64,000 bases of DNA. It comes from Octopus sinensis (lineage: Eukaryota). Positions 12,844 through 27,066 of this stretch are shown here, one piece after another (the first letter of the stretch is position 1; the number at the start of each line of letters is the position of its first letter). The position numbers were made by a program, and so were the translations under genes. Under the pieces are notes generated by a model that was not told where the DNA came from, did no database searches, and saw only the letters and a list, made by a program, of their open reading frames with translations. The DNA is taken from contig NC_043000.1 in assembly GCF_006345805.1 (NCBI RefSeq), forward strand, positions 124,124,001 to 124,188,000, given 5' to 3'.

Positions 12844-15625
12844 AGATAGAGCAATGTTTTGTGAGTAAAATTTGCTTGTTGTATATTTGTGTATGAAGAG
12901 GAGGAGACCCCCTTCGGTCATGAATGACCATGGGACTGCACCTAGAAAGTTGCCCTCCGAGGCACAAATCAGGGCAAAAATTTTTGTGAAAGACCAGCAG
13001 TCACCCATGCATACCGGCTTCCCCTCTCCACACCACTGATGTTATCCAAGGGGCACCTGTGATGTCGCAACTCATTTCTACAGCTGAGTTAACTGGAGCA
13101 ATGTGAAATAAAGTGCCTTGCTCAAGAACACAACACACAGCCCGGTCCGGGAATCGAACTTACAACCTCATGATCGTAAGCTCTATGCTCTAACCACTGA
13201 GCCATGCAACTTCACATATTTGTGTATACCGGTGTAAATAGCTTGTATAGTGAAAACCACTAAAGGGAAGCAATTCTCTTAAGGCCCATAAATCATGCAA
13301 ATTCAGCTATAAAGAGATCAATATAATGAGTTTTAAACTAAATACTAGAGCTGATATTAGACTAAATACTTTTAAAAGTGCTGTCTTGGTGTAGCTGCAG
13401 TCTAATGATTGGAACCAGGAAAAGAATATAGTATTATTTATATTTTTCTTTTACTTTTTAATAGGATTATCTATTACCAAGTATGATAGTATTTTATTCT
13501 ACATCTGTGACCTGGCCACTGATAAACTATTCAGTGTATCTCTTGGTCAAATCCCTTGTCAAGCAAGTAACATCTCCCTTCTGCAACCTGGTCACTGATA
13601 CAGTTCTGTTGCCTTTGTTGAAAATCAGTTGCAGGTCATCATCATCATCGTTTAATGTCCGCTTTCCATGCTAGCAAGGGTTGCACGATTTGACTGAGGA
13701 CTGGCGAACCTGATGGCTGCACCAAGCTCCAATCTGATTTGGCAGAGTTTCTACAGCTGGATGCCCTTCCTAACGCCAACCACTCCGAGAGTGTAGTGGG
13801 TGCTTTTACATGCCACTGGCATGAGGGCCAGTCAGGCGGTACTGGTAACAGCCACGCTCAAGTGGTGTTTTTTACGTGCCACCAGCACAGGAACCAGTCC
13901 AGTGGCACTGGCAACGACCTCTCTCGAATGTTTTCAGTTTTTATAAACCTTTCTGTTTTTTTTTTCCTTTTTCATTTTCTTGTTACTCTGCAAAGAAGCT
14001 TTGCAAAAGTTACATGACAGAGCATCTGTGATAGCATTTCGCAATAAAATGACATGAAAGGATGAAAGGCAAAGTTTACCTCAGCAGGGTTTGAACTCAG
14101 ACGAAATGTCGCTAAGCATTTTGCCTGGCATGCTAATGATTCAGCCAATTCACCGCCTTTCATATATATTTTATATTCATATCAAGATATTGACAAAAGG
14201 CAATTAACTAAAACTATTTAAAAAGGTTTTAAAATATTCTTTTACTGGTTTCTCTTATTGAACTGCGGCCATACTACAGCACCAATTTCAGTGCTTTTAG
14301 TTGATTATTTCAATCTCACTGCTTATTTCAGTCTAATATTTTGTAAATAATTGAATAATCCTCCCATAATATTATTTAAATTTCAGTTATTCAGTAAACT
14401 CAACGTCAGCATGAGTTACCTAGACCAGTCAGTTTATTTGTTAATTAGTTCATACGGACAAAATTAAATAACTTCAACTCTTTAGATTGGCAGGATTGGT
14501 AATGCTTTGAACAAAATGGCTGCAGTATTTAATTATGGGCCTTTACATTCTAAGTTCAAATACTACCAAGATCAACTATGCTTTTTACTTTTCCAAATTT
14601 GATGAAACATGATACCAGTCAGGTATTGGAGTGAGTGAAACTTCCTTGATGTGAATGAAATTACTAAGTTACTATTGTTCTGAATGTGATAAGTGACGAA
14701 GTTACTGTGTATTATTAGCTTGTTAATCATCATTATCCTTTAATACATATCAAAATCTTGGATTTTCTAAAGATAGAAATAGATTTTGTTTACTTTTATT
14801 GGAATATAAAATACTGATTTCTAAAATAGCTGCAAGGCCTCAAATTTGGGTGGAGTGTTACTATCAATTTTATCAACCCTGATATTTTACTGGTACTTAT
14901 GTTATCAACCTCAGTAGGATCAAAGGTAAAGCTACTGACCAGTGTGAAGATTCAAAATTATATACTTTAATTGGGTGTGAAATATTACAATTATAGTTTT
15001 AATTAAATATTAACAATAATAGTGAATTTAAACAAGAGTAATAGCAAAAGAAACCTAATGCCTCAGTAAAAGCTGTTAATGAAATTCATATTTAAAATTG
15101 TATTGGAGAAATTTAAATTTTTGTTAGAAGCCTCTTGTGATTGAATGAAAATATTTAGTAACTCTTAATGAACTGTTGGGTCATATTTGTATACATATAT
15201 CATAAACTATACTATTTATTTAAGATAGTAAGGTGTCATTTGAAGATGTGGCTATTATTTATAGCAGGTCCAAAGAATGTCTTGTTGCTCCCTTCAAATT
15301 TAAGGAAAATATTGATATCCAATTATCATTTTCTGTAATTTTTCTGCTTCACTAAGAATTCTACAGAAGATAATGGTAAACTTTCCATTTTGAAATTCCA
15401 ATTATTTTATATATCAGAGTGGATTAATATGGGTGTATTGAGAACAGGTTGATCTCAGTCTGTTGACTCTGGCAAGGATGAGTGGATGAGGTGAAATGGC
15501 TCTATTAGTAAATCAGTCTGTATCCCAGCCTGAATATGATAAAACCTTATCACCACTCAACAATATTCTACTATTATTCCATTACATTTGTGTATAATAT
15601 TTTCAGTAATTCCAATAGCAAATTG

Positions 15626-16008
15626 TGGAGGCGCAATGGCCCAGTGGTTAGGGCAGCGGACTCACAGTCATAGGATCGTGTTTTCAATTCCCAAACCGAG
15701 CGTTGTGAGTGTCTATTGAGCGAAAACACCTAAAGCTCCACGAGGCTCCGGCAGGGGATGGTGGCGAACCCTGCTGTACTCTTTCGCCACAGCTTTCTCT
15801 CACTCTTACTTCCTGTTTTCTGAAGTGCCTGTAATTCAAAGGGCCAGCCTTGTCACATGCTGTGTCACGCTGAATATCCCTGAGAACTACGTTAAGGGTA
15901 CACATGTCTGTGGAGTGCTCAGCCACTTGCACATTAATTTCACGAGTAGGCTGTTCCGTTGATCGGGTCACATGGAACCCTCCTCATCATAAGCGATGGA
16001 GTGCCAAG
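15626..16008 (+). mobile_element. tRNA-derived SINE family B, representative copy
   Basis: Head GGAGGCGCAATGGCCCAGTGGTTAGGGCAGCGGACTC (A box) with a B-box-like segment. Relatives with different tails at ~23090-23407(-, x3), 38105-38471(-), 47190-47490(+, TSD CAGATTAAGACC) and 48370-48678(+). Confidence 0.85.
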
Positions 16009-17273
16009 TATTAATAGCAAATTATCACTTGCTTTAGGTGATAACCTTCAATTAATTCACTGTTATTTAATTTCCAGTTTCTTAAATTTTTATTTTATAC
16101 TTTAGGAGCACAATAAAAGTATTAGTAACCTACCAAGATTTAGTGAAAGCAATTAGTTACTTTACTCTTACAAAAATAGTAATTTTCCTAAATAAAACAA
16201 TAATTGTTATTGCAGAAGCTTGGAATACAAATAGAGTAAGAAAATAGTTTCTATTTCATAAAAAATATGGACATCTTCAAAAACATGTTCACATCCCCCA
16301 GTTTATGTCATTCTTTAAGCCTCTTGATATTAACCTCCCAGAACTACTTAGAAACTTTATTGTCTTAAAGTGATCTAAATTAAAATGTTCCATCAGTATT
16401 TCATGTTAATTTATATTCTAAATACCAGCTTAATACCAAAGTTATTCTGCTAAATTCTTCATTCATTATTTTCAAAATTAATTGTAACAGTTGCAGTGTA
16501 TTTCATTAGAAATATTATAACAAAAGGGTCAAACTTTGTCTTAAATACAGTACCTTTTTTTTGTTGTTGTTGTTGTTGCAAGCTCTGGTTTAATTTATTT
16601 TCTGTTACTGATGTGGATCATTGTTGATGTTGTTAAGCCCCAAAGTCAGCTCTGATTGAGTAGGTCTATGATCAAAAAATATTCCATCCATGACCATCCC
16701 AGCTATTTGTATATATCATAGACTACACAGTCCAATGTGCCTTTGTTTATTTAAGACAGTACAGTGTAATTTAAAAATGTAGCTATCAATTCTAGCAAGT
16801 CCAGTGACTGTTTGGAAGCTCTCCTCAAATTTAAGGAAGGTTTTAATATCCAGTTGTCATTTTTCTATCATTTTCCACTTCACTATCAATTTTACAAAAG
16901 TTAATAGTAAACTTTCATGTTTGAAATTGCAATTTATGTATTGAAGCAAATTAACAAGAATTAATGTACCATCTAGTCATTACTCTGGATTTTGTAATAT
17001 GTCAAAATCAACAACATGTCAACCGCCATCAGTTATGGAGGGATTGACTACAGCCATGAATCATAAATATAGGGGACTAGCTGAAGTAAAATATCTTGAT
17101 TGGGGATGAAACCTGACACAACACAGAGAACTCTACAGCCCATCACATGTATTAGAATAGTTATAACAATTAATTCATCATTTGAGCTTCTTTATTTTTA
17201 CATATTCTTTACACTGAAATCTTGATTGGCATACCAAATTTACTCCTGTTTAAGTTATACCCCTAATTTAGTG

Positions 17274-17496
17274 TTAACCCTTTCATTACCAACCTGACTG
17301 AAACTGGCTCTGTAGTACAAATGTTTTGTTTTCATACATTCTGAATTAAAATCTTCCACCAAGCCTTAGTCACAATTTATGTCCCTAACACTAGCTTAAT
17401 GAAAACTAAGTTATTTTACTAAATTCTCTATTATATTTAAAGTAATTGAAAGAAACACAGAGCATCTCAAAATAACTACAGTAACGAAATGGTTAA
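17274..17496. mobile_element. TTAA-flanked (piggyBac-like) MITE; second copy inverted at 34541-34769
   Basis: TTAACCCTTTCATTAC...GTAACGAAATGGTTAA. The two copies are highly similar. Confidence 0.65.
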
Positions 17497-18631
17497 ACCT
17501 TGGTACAAATTTTTTTTCCCTTCATAGTTTTAATTTTTCCACATATAATAAGTCGAACCCCAGTTTTTACATTTAAAATCAACTATAAAATAGTGACGCT
17601 TATTCATGAGTAAATACAATGTTTCCAATCTTGGTGTTGTGCAAATTTCTTGGGGAAAAAAATGCAAGTCTACAAAAACTATCATTTTTTGCTTCAAATA
17701 AAAAAATATATCAATGCTTGCAGGACAGAAATAAACCATTTGCAGTAAATGGTAACACATTAGTGACTTTTTTTTCCTTAACAAATTTATTTGTTTGTAT
17801 CTTATGAGAATTCCAGCTAATCAGCCAAATATGTTTTGTATTTCTTTCTAAGTTAATTATAACTTTTTGTTAATTAAACTGTCAACGATCTACAAAAATT
17901 TTATATTTATATTTCTAATATTTATATTTTTGCATGAAATTAACACTTGAAATAAAAAAAGTCTGTTTTATCAGTTTCAGTTGTTTTATTTCATTTTTCT
18001 GTATGATTTAGTTATTGTCACATTCATGTAAAAATGGTGTAACATTAACGGTGCTGATTGTTTTTCAGAATTCCTCCTCTGCGGCGAGCTGGCAGAAACA
18101 GTAGCACACCGGGCGAAATGCTTAGCGGTATTTCGTCTGCCGTTACGTTCTGAGTTCAAATTCCGCCAAGGTCAACTTTGCCTTTCATCTTTTGGGGTCA
18201 ATAAATAAAGTACCAGTTACGCACTGGGGTCAATGTAATCAACTTAATTCCATTGTCTGTCCTTGTTTGTCCCCTCTATGTTTAGCCCCTTGTGGGCAAT
18301 AAAGAAATAAGGGTGTTGTTCAAAGATCTGGAAGATGCACCCACCATACACTTTCCCATTCGATAATACATTAAAAAAGATTTATATGATAAGTAAATCA
18401 TCATTGAAGAACACCCATCATTCACTTGCCTGTCACTGGGCTGTGTCTCATTGCTGTCTTTTAGTGCTGCTGCTACCACAGTGGCATAAAGTATATGCCA
18501 TCACATCACAGATGGCTCTTGATTATCCTGTAGATGAAGGAAACATCTACACAATGTTCTGAGGAGTAGTTTTTATTTCATTTCATGAAAGAAGGTGTGA
18601 AGCCTAAGAATAGTTTCTAAAAATGTACTTA

Positions 18632-19130
18632 CAGTGATTCCTCTCTACTTCGTGGTTCAACTATTGTGGATTCATGACTTCGTGGCTTTTTAAAATATAT
18701 ATATATATGAACGCCTAAAATTTTTCATTAAATCCGTTAAAATATTAATAATAAATATTATTTCCTAGTCTAGGAACGACAAAACAAGCGTAAAATAGCA
18801 AAAAAGCATATACAGGGGTATTTGAACTTAAGACGGGCTGTGATTTGGGCAATGGAGAGAGAGGACAAATCACAGCTTTCTATTTTGTAATCTGGCCTGT
18901 GTAACAGTAAAAATCTTTATTTTTTAAAATCTAAAGTGTTATTGCTTAACGGTTGTCCTTGTTATTAATAGACTACTGTAATGGGTGGGTTGTTTACAGT
19001 ACAGGGAGGGTTTTAAAAGTCTAAATACATGTTAAATAAATACTGTAAATATGGTGTCCCTACTTCGTGGAAATTCAGTTATCGCGGTCGGTCTTGGAAC
19101 CAATCTACCGCGATAAACGAGGGAACACTG
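18632..19130. mobile_element. pogo/Tigger-like MITE
   Basis: TA-CAGTGATTCCTCTCTACTTCGTGG ... CCGCGATAAACGAGGGAACACTG-TA. Confidence 0.7.
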
Positions 19131-20510
19131 TATTCCAGATAACTAGTTTAGCAAAGTTATGCAGAGTTAAGTACCTTGTCAGAAGTAGAGCACACGTATC
19201 TGAAATAGGATTTCTTCTGCATCAATAACAGGAAGTAAATCATCAAATAACTGAAAGTATCAAGGAGGAGATGCTGGACGTTTACTTGCAACCATTTTCA
19301 GACAAAATAAATAAATAAATGAACAAGAGATAAAGATATAGATACATCTGTTGTGGGAAGTAACTAATTAATGATTATATCATAAATCCATTCTTGGCAA
19401 TATGTTTTTCTCTTCTAAAGAAAGAAATATTGATTTTTTTTTGTCCATTGGCACATAAACACAGATTTATGATTATGACCCAAAAGTATTTTATATATTT
19501 CTGGTTGCTCTGCTTTTAGTTCATTTCCCAAACATTCAGCAACTTGAGTTACTTGATTAAGTACATCATGTCTAAAGCAAGAAATTTATGTTATTGATAA
19601 TAACAATAATCATAATAATAAAAATAATAAGGGCACCCTTTTAAAGCCTAGCCAGGCTCATGGGCCCGGTTTCCTGGTTTCAATGGCATATGTGTTCCCC
19701 AGCTGGATGGTACACCAGTCCATCACAGTGTTACTCATTTTTGCCAGCTGAGTGGACTGGAGCAACGTGAAATGAAGTGTCTTGCTCAAGAACACAACGC
19801 GTCGCCCGGTCCAGGAATCGAAACCACAATCTTACAATCATGATGCTGACACCCTAACCACTAAGCCACGCGTTTCCACAATAATAATAATAATAATAAT
19901 GAAATTATTGTGTATGGTGCTCAGGTGCACTACAGCTCATCAAAGGTGTATGTATAGTGCATAGAACTATGTACAAAAGTCAGGAAAGTGAACAGTGTAA
20001 GCATCATTATATACATGTGTGCATGTGCATGGAGGGTGTGATATCGGGTGTAGTGTTGGCAAATTTCAGGAAACATGGAGGTTTTAAAGGATGCAATGTC
20101 TCAGCAACTAACAACTGATGCAGGTAGTTTGTTCCATGTTTCAGCAAAACTGAGTATGAAAATATGTTTCTGAAAGTAATGGGAGCTGTGCTGTTCTCTG
20201 GCTTTGTGGCCATGCCCACATGTGTTAGACACATGGAGCTCAAAAAGGTGTTCAAGGTGGTTGTTGGCATGATGGTTAATAATTTATATTATTGATATTA
20301 ATATTTATACAAGACATACTTAGTGGTATTTCATCCATCTTTATGTTGTGAGTTCAAATTCTGCTGAGGTCAACTTTGCCTTTCATCTTTCGGAGTCGAT
20401 AAAATAAGTACCAGTTGAGGACTGAGGTTTGATATAATTGACTTACCTACTACCCCGGGATTGCTGGCCATGTGCTAAAATTTGAAATTGATATTAATAT
20501 TTATACAATA

Positions 20511-20897
20511 CTAGCAATATCGCCCGGCATTGCTTGGGTTTGTTTCGACCCTTTAGAATTGGAATTTTTGAAAAGTAAAACTTTTGCATTATGTAGCTTG
20601 TTATTCTCTTTAAGCGAACATTTCTCTGGTTGAAATACACTGAAAAATGGCGACACAGCAGTCAAAAAATCGTGAAAAATAGGGATTTTCATAGAAAAAA
20701 AACACCTTTTTGATGTAAATAATTTTTGGTGTTAACATGGTCTGATTTGAATTTTTTCTTCTAAGGAAGGAAGAGCAAGCCTTCTATCATACTCTCAAGT
20801 TTGGTCAACTTGCGCCGCAGGGTCTCGGAGGAGACAGTGTTAGTTGAAGGCTACCAAACCTGCCATACACAGACAACTTCAGCTTTATATATAGAGA
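20511..20897 (-). mobile_element. Non-autonomous Helitron
   Basis: On the minus strand it starts 5'-TC and ends CTAG-3', with a subterminal hairpin CCCAAGCAATGCCGGG. Inserted between A and T, no TSD. Confidence 0.8.
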
Positions 20898-21014
20898 TAT
20901 TAGGGTATTATAAATCTGTTTCAGCTAATTTTACCAATTGGTTTCACAAACGAGTTAGGGGGAAATCCAAACTGGTACTTATCATAAGGGTTGGTACAAA
21001 AAGTATGATGACAG

Positions 21015-21087
21015 CTTTCTATTGGTCTAAGGGTATAATTCTCACTTGGGGTGCAAAAGGTCCTGAGTTCATATCCCAGATAAGCTT
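21015..21087 (+). pseudogene. tRNA-Pro pseudogene
   Basis: TTGGTCTAAGGGTATAATTCTCACTTGGGGTGCAAAAGGTCCTGAGTTCATATCCCAGATAAGC aligns to eukaryotic tRNA-Pro (TTGGTCTAGGGGTATGATTCTCGCTTNGGGTGCGAGAGGTCCCGGGTTCAAATCCCGGACGAGC). Many differences are CpG-type transitions, and the stems are broken. Confidence 0.8.
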
Positions 21088-21415
21088 GATGCAATTCTTG
21101 GAACAAATGTGTTAATATTACATAAAAAATTGTATTTCCAATTTTATTTTTAAATATTTAAAAATTATGAAACGAAGCAAAATAAATTAAAATTCTTGCT
21201 CAGAGATGAATTTCTTTTATCATTTGTTTCAGTCATTAGGCTGTGACCATGCTGGGGCACTGCCTTAAAGAATGTTTGTTTTTTTTAGTTCAACAAACAA
21301 CCTCAGTTCTTTTTTTGTTTTTTAATTTTGGTAATTTTTCTACAATTCTCTAACTTCCAAATATTTTTTTGTTACTATTTCCATTATATCTGACATTTAA
21401 GGAAATGTGAAATTT

Positions 21416-21681
21416 CTATAGAATGTTATCTTCTGCTGTTTCAGTTGCAGTGCTCACTGTTAAAGAAATGTATCTTTTGGATTTGTGACCAACTATTGTT
21501 GCAACAACAAGGAATAAAAATGATACTACTTGTATGATAGTTAAAAGAATAAAAAATCTGAGTCTAAATTCATCTAAGTTATACATCATGCAGGCACCAG
21601 TGTCTCGACAAGGTAGGAGACCCCATTTAATACAGGTGTTGTCTACCAGCATACCAAATAGTGGCGGTGCAGGAATCCATC
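21416..21681 (-). CDS. OATP last coding exon (GWIPAPPLFGMLVDNTCIKWGLLPCRDTGACMMYN...*)
   Basis: Matches the OATP C-terminal motif G.IP.P..FG...D..C..W...C...G.C..Y. Acceptor tttcag|GA, phase 1. TAG at 21416-21418. Confidence 0.93.
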
Positions 21682-21778
21682 CTGAAATGATAAAGCTTAA
21701 ATGTTAGTTTTGAAAGTTCCCCAAATGAGAGAAAAAAATATCTTATTTAAAACTCTGAGGCTTATATATATAAATAAG

Positions 21779-22085
21779 ATATAAATTAGAGATAAAACCA
21801 CTATTATGCAATTCAAACAATGATAGACATAAGCCAAAACATAAACAATGAATAATCAATATATAATATTATTTATTGATTATTCATTTTTATACTTTTT
21901 GTGATCTAGTTATGTTTTATAAAAATATATTTTATTTGTTATTTATGTTTTGGTTTATGTCTATCATTGTTTGAATTGCATAATAGTGGTTTTATCTCTA
22001 ATTTATATATTTATACTGTGAAATTTGATTTAATACTACATTTAATTTTTCCCTGTAAGTTTGGAGTTATACTCCTTAATATTAT
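21779..22085. mobile_element. Short inverted-repeat relative of the 55645-57135 element
   Basis: Arms ~21779-21860 and ~21935-22008 (GAGATAAAACCACTATT.../...AATAGTGGTTTTATCTC). Shares the 3' tail TTTTTCCCTGTAA.TTTGGA with 57099-57130. No hammerhead core retained. Confidence 0.6.
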
Positions 22086-23673
22086 TATTATTATATATAT
22101 ATATATATATATATATATTGGCCAACAGCTTTGTCTCAGACCAGTTATGATGGAACTGTGTCAGTAATCAGGTTGCAGATAGTGCAACAAAAATTTTGGC
22201 CTAAATAATTCTTTTATTCTTTTACTTGTTTCAATCATTTGACTGCAGCCATGCTGGAGCACTGCCTTTAGTGGAACGAATTGACCCCGAAATTTATTCT
22301 TTGTAAGCCTAGTACTTTTTCTGTCTATCTTTTTTACTGAACCGCTAAGTTATGGGGACGTAAAAACACCAACTTCCATTGTCAAGCAATGCTGGGGGAC
22401 AAACACAAACATGCATACATACATATATATACGAGGGTGGGTCAAAAAGTAATACAATTTTGTTTAGGACAGGTATAAGAAGTGGCTCAAAGAACAGTCA
22501 ACAGAATTTTACAGGGCAGGGATACATGCTCTCATTTGAAGGTGGAACATTGCTATTGAGGGAAACAGTGACTATGTTGAGAAGTAGGGATGTGATCTGC
22601 AGAGGACCAGCTTCATTTTGGTGTATGATACATGTTCCTGTGTTGGTAATTATACCTGTCCTAAACAAAATGGCATTACTTTTATACCCTCATATATATA
22701 ACAGGCTTCTTTCAGTTTCCACCTATCAAATCCACACTTTGGTCGGCCCAAGGCTATAGTGGAAGACACTTGCTCAAGGTGCCACGCAGTGGGACTGAAC
22801 TTGGAACCATGTGGTAGAGAGAAACTGTGTGGAAGCCTATTATATGTGTGTGTACCTTCTCACCACCAGCTGAAAACTGATATTGGTTTGTTTATGTCCC
22901 TGTATCTCAGCAGCTTGGCAAAACCAGACATTAAAAAAATAAGCGCCTGGGTCAATTTAATAACACATGAAACTTTTAAATTTCAAATTATTTTGGAACT
23001 GTGCCAAAGACCAAGTTACAGTTGTATCTCCTGAAATAATTCACAATTAATTTAAAATAATTCTAGGTGTTATTAAATGTTGTTTGTTTTGTTGTTGTTG
23101 TGGTTGTTTGTTCCTTCTCAAGTCATGTCTGACTCAAAAGGACCAGTTCCCAGTTTCATTGGCGTATAGGTACCCCACCTGGACGGGACGCCAGTCCGTC
23201 GCAGATGAGCTGCTAGATGCAGGAGGAGAGACTGAGAGAAAGTTGTGACGAATGAGTCAGCTGAAGTTCATCGTTACCTTCTGCTGGAGTCGTGTGGAGC
23301 TTAGGTGTTTTGCTCATAAACACATACATCACCCGGTCTGAGATTCGAACACGCGACCCCTCGACCGTGAGTCCGCTGCTCTAACCACTAGGCCATGTGC
23401 CTCCACGGTGTTATTAAATGGCTAGAATGACTCTCAGATGTTGTTCCTTCAGCTCCCGCACATGAAGTCAGATCAAGTTACTTGCTACACAACAGTGAAA
23501 TATAATATTTGTGATTTTTTTATAATGAAGAGATTGAAGATATATTTATTTTTCTCTACTTTTTGTTGAAGTCATGTCTTAGTTATTAGAAAGTTCACTC
23601 TGCTTGATATTGTTTTTACAGAGAAAAACATATGGAAGGAATTAAATCATAACTTTGAAAGTTGAAATCTTAC

Positions 23674-23738
23674 CTATAAGTGTTGAAGTGAAGATAAATA
23701 TAGAAAATGGGACGGCCTTATCTGATTCACCAACACAC
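23674..23738 (-). CDS. OATP 65-nt exon, duplicate copy 3
   Basis: Sequence and splice sites identical to 27067-27131. Confidence 0.6.
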
Positions 23739-25364
23739 CTGGAACAGAATATTTAGATAAACTGATTATGATATTTAGAAAATTATTTTTGAGTTATATA
23801 TATATATATTGGCCAACAGCTTTGTCTCAGACCAGTTATGATGGAACTGTGTCAGTAATCAGGTTGCAGATAGTGCAACAAAAATTTTGGCCTAAATAAT
23901 TCTTTTATTCTTTTACTTGTTTCAATCATTTGACTGCAGCCATGCTGGAGCACTGCCTTTAGTGGAACGAATTGACCCCGAAATTTATTCTTTGTAAGCC
24001 TAGTACTTTTTCTGTCTATCTTTTTTACTGAACCGCTAAGTTATGGGGACGTAAAAACACCAACTTCCATTGTCAAGCAATGCTGGGGGACAAACACAAA
24101 CATGCATACATACATATATATACGAGGGTGGGTCAAAAAGTAATACAATTTTGTTTAGGACAGGTATAAGAAGTGGCTCAAAGAACAGTCAACAGAATTT
24201 TACAGGGCAGGGATACATGCTCTCATTTGAAGGTGGAACATTGCTATTGAGGGAAACAGTGACTATGTTGAGAAGTAGGGATGTGATCTGCAGAGGACCA
24301 GCTTCATTTTGGTGTATGATACATGTTCCTGTGTTGGTAATTATACCTGTCCTAAACAAAATGGCATTACTTTTATACCCTCATATATATAACAGGCTTC
24401 TTTCAGTTTCCACCTATCAAATCCACACTTTGGTCGGCCCAAGGCTATAGTGGAAGACACTTGCTCAAGGTGCCACGCAGTGGGACTGAACTTGGAACCA
24501 TGTGGTAGAGAGAAACTGTGTGGAAGCCTATTATATGTGTGTGTACCTTCTCACCACCAGCTGAAAACTGATATTGGTTTGTTTATGTCCCTGTATCTCA
24601 GCAGCTTGGCAAAACCAGACATTAAAAAAATAAGCGCCTGGGTCAATTTAATAACACATGAAACTTTTAAATTTCAAATTATTTTGGAACTGTGCCAAAG
24701 ACCAAGTTACAGTTGTATCTCCTGAAATAATTCACAATTAATTTAAAATAATTCTAGGTGTTATTAAATGTTGTTTGTTTTGTTGTTGTTGTGGTTGTTT
24801 GTTCCTTCTCAAGTCATGTCTGACTCAAAAGGACCAGTTCCCAGTTTCATTGGCGTATAGGTACCCCACCTGGACGGGACGCCAGTCCGTCGCAGATGAG
24901 CTGCTAGATGCAGGAGGAGAGACTGAGAGAAAGTTGTGACGAATGAGTCAGCTGAAGTTCATCGTTACCTTCTGCTGGAGTCGTGTGGAGCTTAGGTGTT
25001 TTGCTCATAAACACATACATCACCCGGTCTGAGATTCGAACACGCGACCCCTCGACCGTGAGTCCGCTGCTCTAACCACTAGGCCATGTGCCTCCACGGT
25101 GTTATTAAATGGCTAGAATGACTCTCAGATGTTGTTCCTTCAGCTCCCGCACATGAAGTCAGATCAAGTTACTTGCTACACAACAGTGAAATATAATATT
25201 TGTGATTTTTTTATAATGAAGAGATTGAAGATATATTTATTTTTCTCTACTTTTTGTTGAAGTCATGTCTTAGTTATTAGAAAGTTCACTCTGCTTGATA
25301 TTGTTTTTACAGAGAAAAACATATGGAAGGAATTAAATCATAACTTTGAAAGTTGAAATCTTAC

Positions 25365-25429
25365 CTATAAGTGTTGAAGTGAAGATAAATATAGAAAATG
25401 GGACGGCCTTATCTGATTCACCAACACAC
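25365..25429 (-). CDS. OATP 65-nt exon, duplicate copy 2
   Basis: Sequence and splice sites identical to 27067-27131. Which copy is used is unknown. Confidence 0.6.
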
Positions 25430-27066
25430 CTGGAACAGAATATTTAGATAAACTGATTATGATATTTAGAAAATTATTTTTGAGTTATATATATATATAT
25501 ATATATATATATTGGCCAACAGCTTTGTCTCAGACCAGTTATGATGGAACTGTGTCAGTAATCAGGTTGCAGATAGTGCAACAAAAATTTTGGCCTAAAT
25601 AATTCTTTTATTCTTTTACTTGTTTCAATCATTTGACTGCAGCCATGCTGGAGCACTGCCTTTAGTGGAACGAATTGACCCCGAAATTTATTCTTTGTAA
25701 GCCTAGTACTTTTTCTGTCTATCTTTTTTACTGAACCGCTAAGTTATGGGGACGTAAAAACACCAACTTCCATTGTCAAGCAATGCTGGGGGACAAACAC
25801 AAACATGCATACATACATATATACGAGGGTGGGTCAAAAAGTAATACAATTTTGTTTAGGACAGGTATAAGAAGTGGCTCAAAGAACAGTCAACAGAATT
25901 TTACAGGGCAGGGATACATGCTCTCATTTGAAGGTGGAACATTGCTATTGAGGGAAACAGTGACTATGTTGAGAAGTAGGGATGTGATCTGCAGAGGACC
26001 AGCTTCATTTTGGTGTATGATACATGTTCCTGTGTTGGTAATTATACCTGTCCTAAACAAAATGGCATTACTTTTATACCCTCATATATATAACAGGCTT
26101 CTTTCAGTTTCCACCTATCAAATCCACACTTTGGTCGGCCCAAGGCTATAGTGGAAGACACTTGCTCAAGGTGCCACGCAGTGGGACTGAACTTGGAACC
26201 ATGTGGTAGAGAGAAACTGTGTGGAAGCCTATTATATGTGTGTGTACCTTCTCACCACCAGCTGAAAACTGATATTGGTTTGTTTATGTCCCTGTATCTC
26301 AGCAGCTTGGCAAAACCAGACATTAAAAAAATAAGCGCCTGGGTCAATTTAATAACACATGAAACTTTTAAATTTCAAATTATTTTGGAACTGTGCCAAA
26401 GACCAAGTTACAGTTGTATCTCCTGAAATAATTCACAATTAATTTAAAATAATTCTAGGTGTTATTAAATGTTGTTTGTTTTGTTGTTGTTGTGGTTGTT
26501 TGTTCCTTCTCAAGTCATGTCTGACTCAAAAGGACCAGTTTCCCAGTTTCATTGGCGTATAGGTACCCCACCTGGACGGGACGCCAGTCCGTCGCAGATG
26601 AGCTGCTAGATGCAGGAGGAGAGACTGAGAGAAAGTTGTGACGAATGAGTCAGCTGAAGTTCATCGTTACCTTCTGCTGGAGTCGTGTGGAGCTTAGGTG
26701 TTTTGCTCATAAACACATACATCACCCGGTCTGAGATTCGAACACGCGACCCCTCGACCGTGAGTCCGCTGCTCTAACCACTAGGCCATGTGCCTCCACG
26801 GTGTTATTAAATGGCTAGAATGACTCTCAGATGTTGTTCCTTCAGCTCCCGCACATGAAGTCAGATCAAGTTACTTGCTACACAACAGTGAAATATAATA
26901 TTTGTGATTTTTTTATAATGAAGAGATTGAAGATATATTTATTTTTCTCTACTTTTTGTTGAAGTCATGTCTTAGTTATTAGAAAGTTCACTCTGCTTGA
27001 TATTGTTTTTACAGAGAAAAACATATGGAAGGAATTAAATCATAACTTTGAAAGTTGAAATCTTAC

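Noticed and set aside
22379-26426. Three pairs of repeated 126/91-aa ORFs
   Set aside because: They are read-throughs of SINE and mariner MITE sequence in the triplicated unit, with non-ATG starts for most and no protein-like features.
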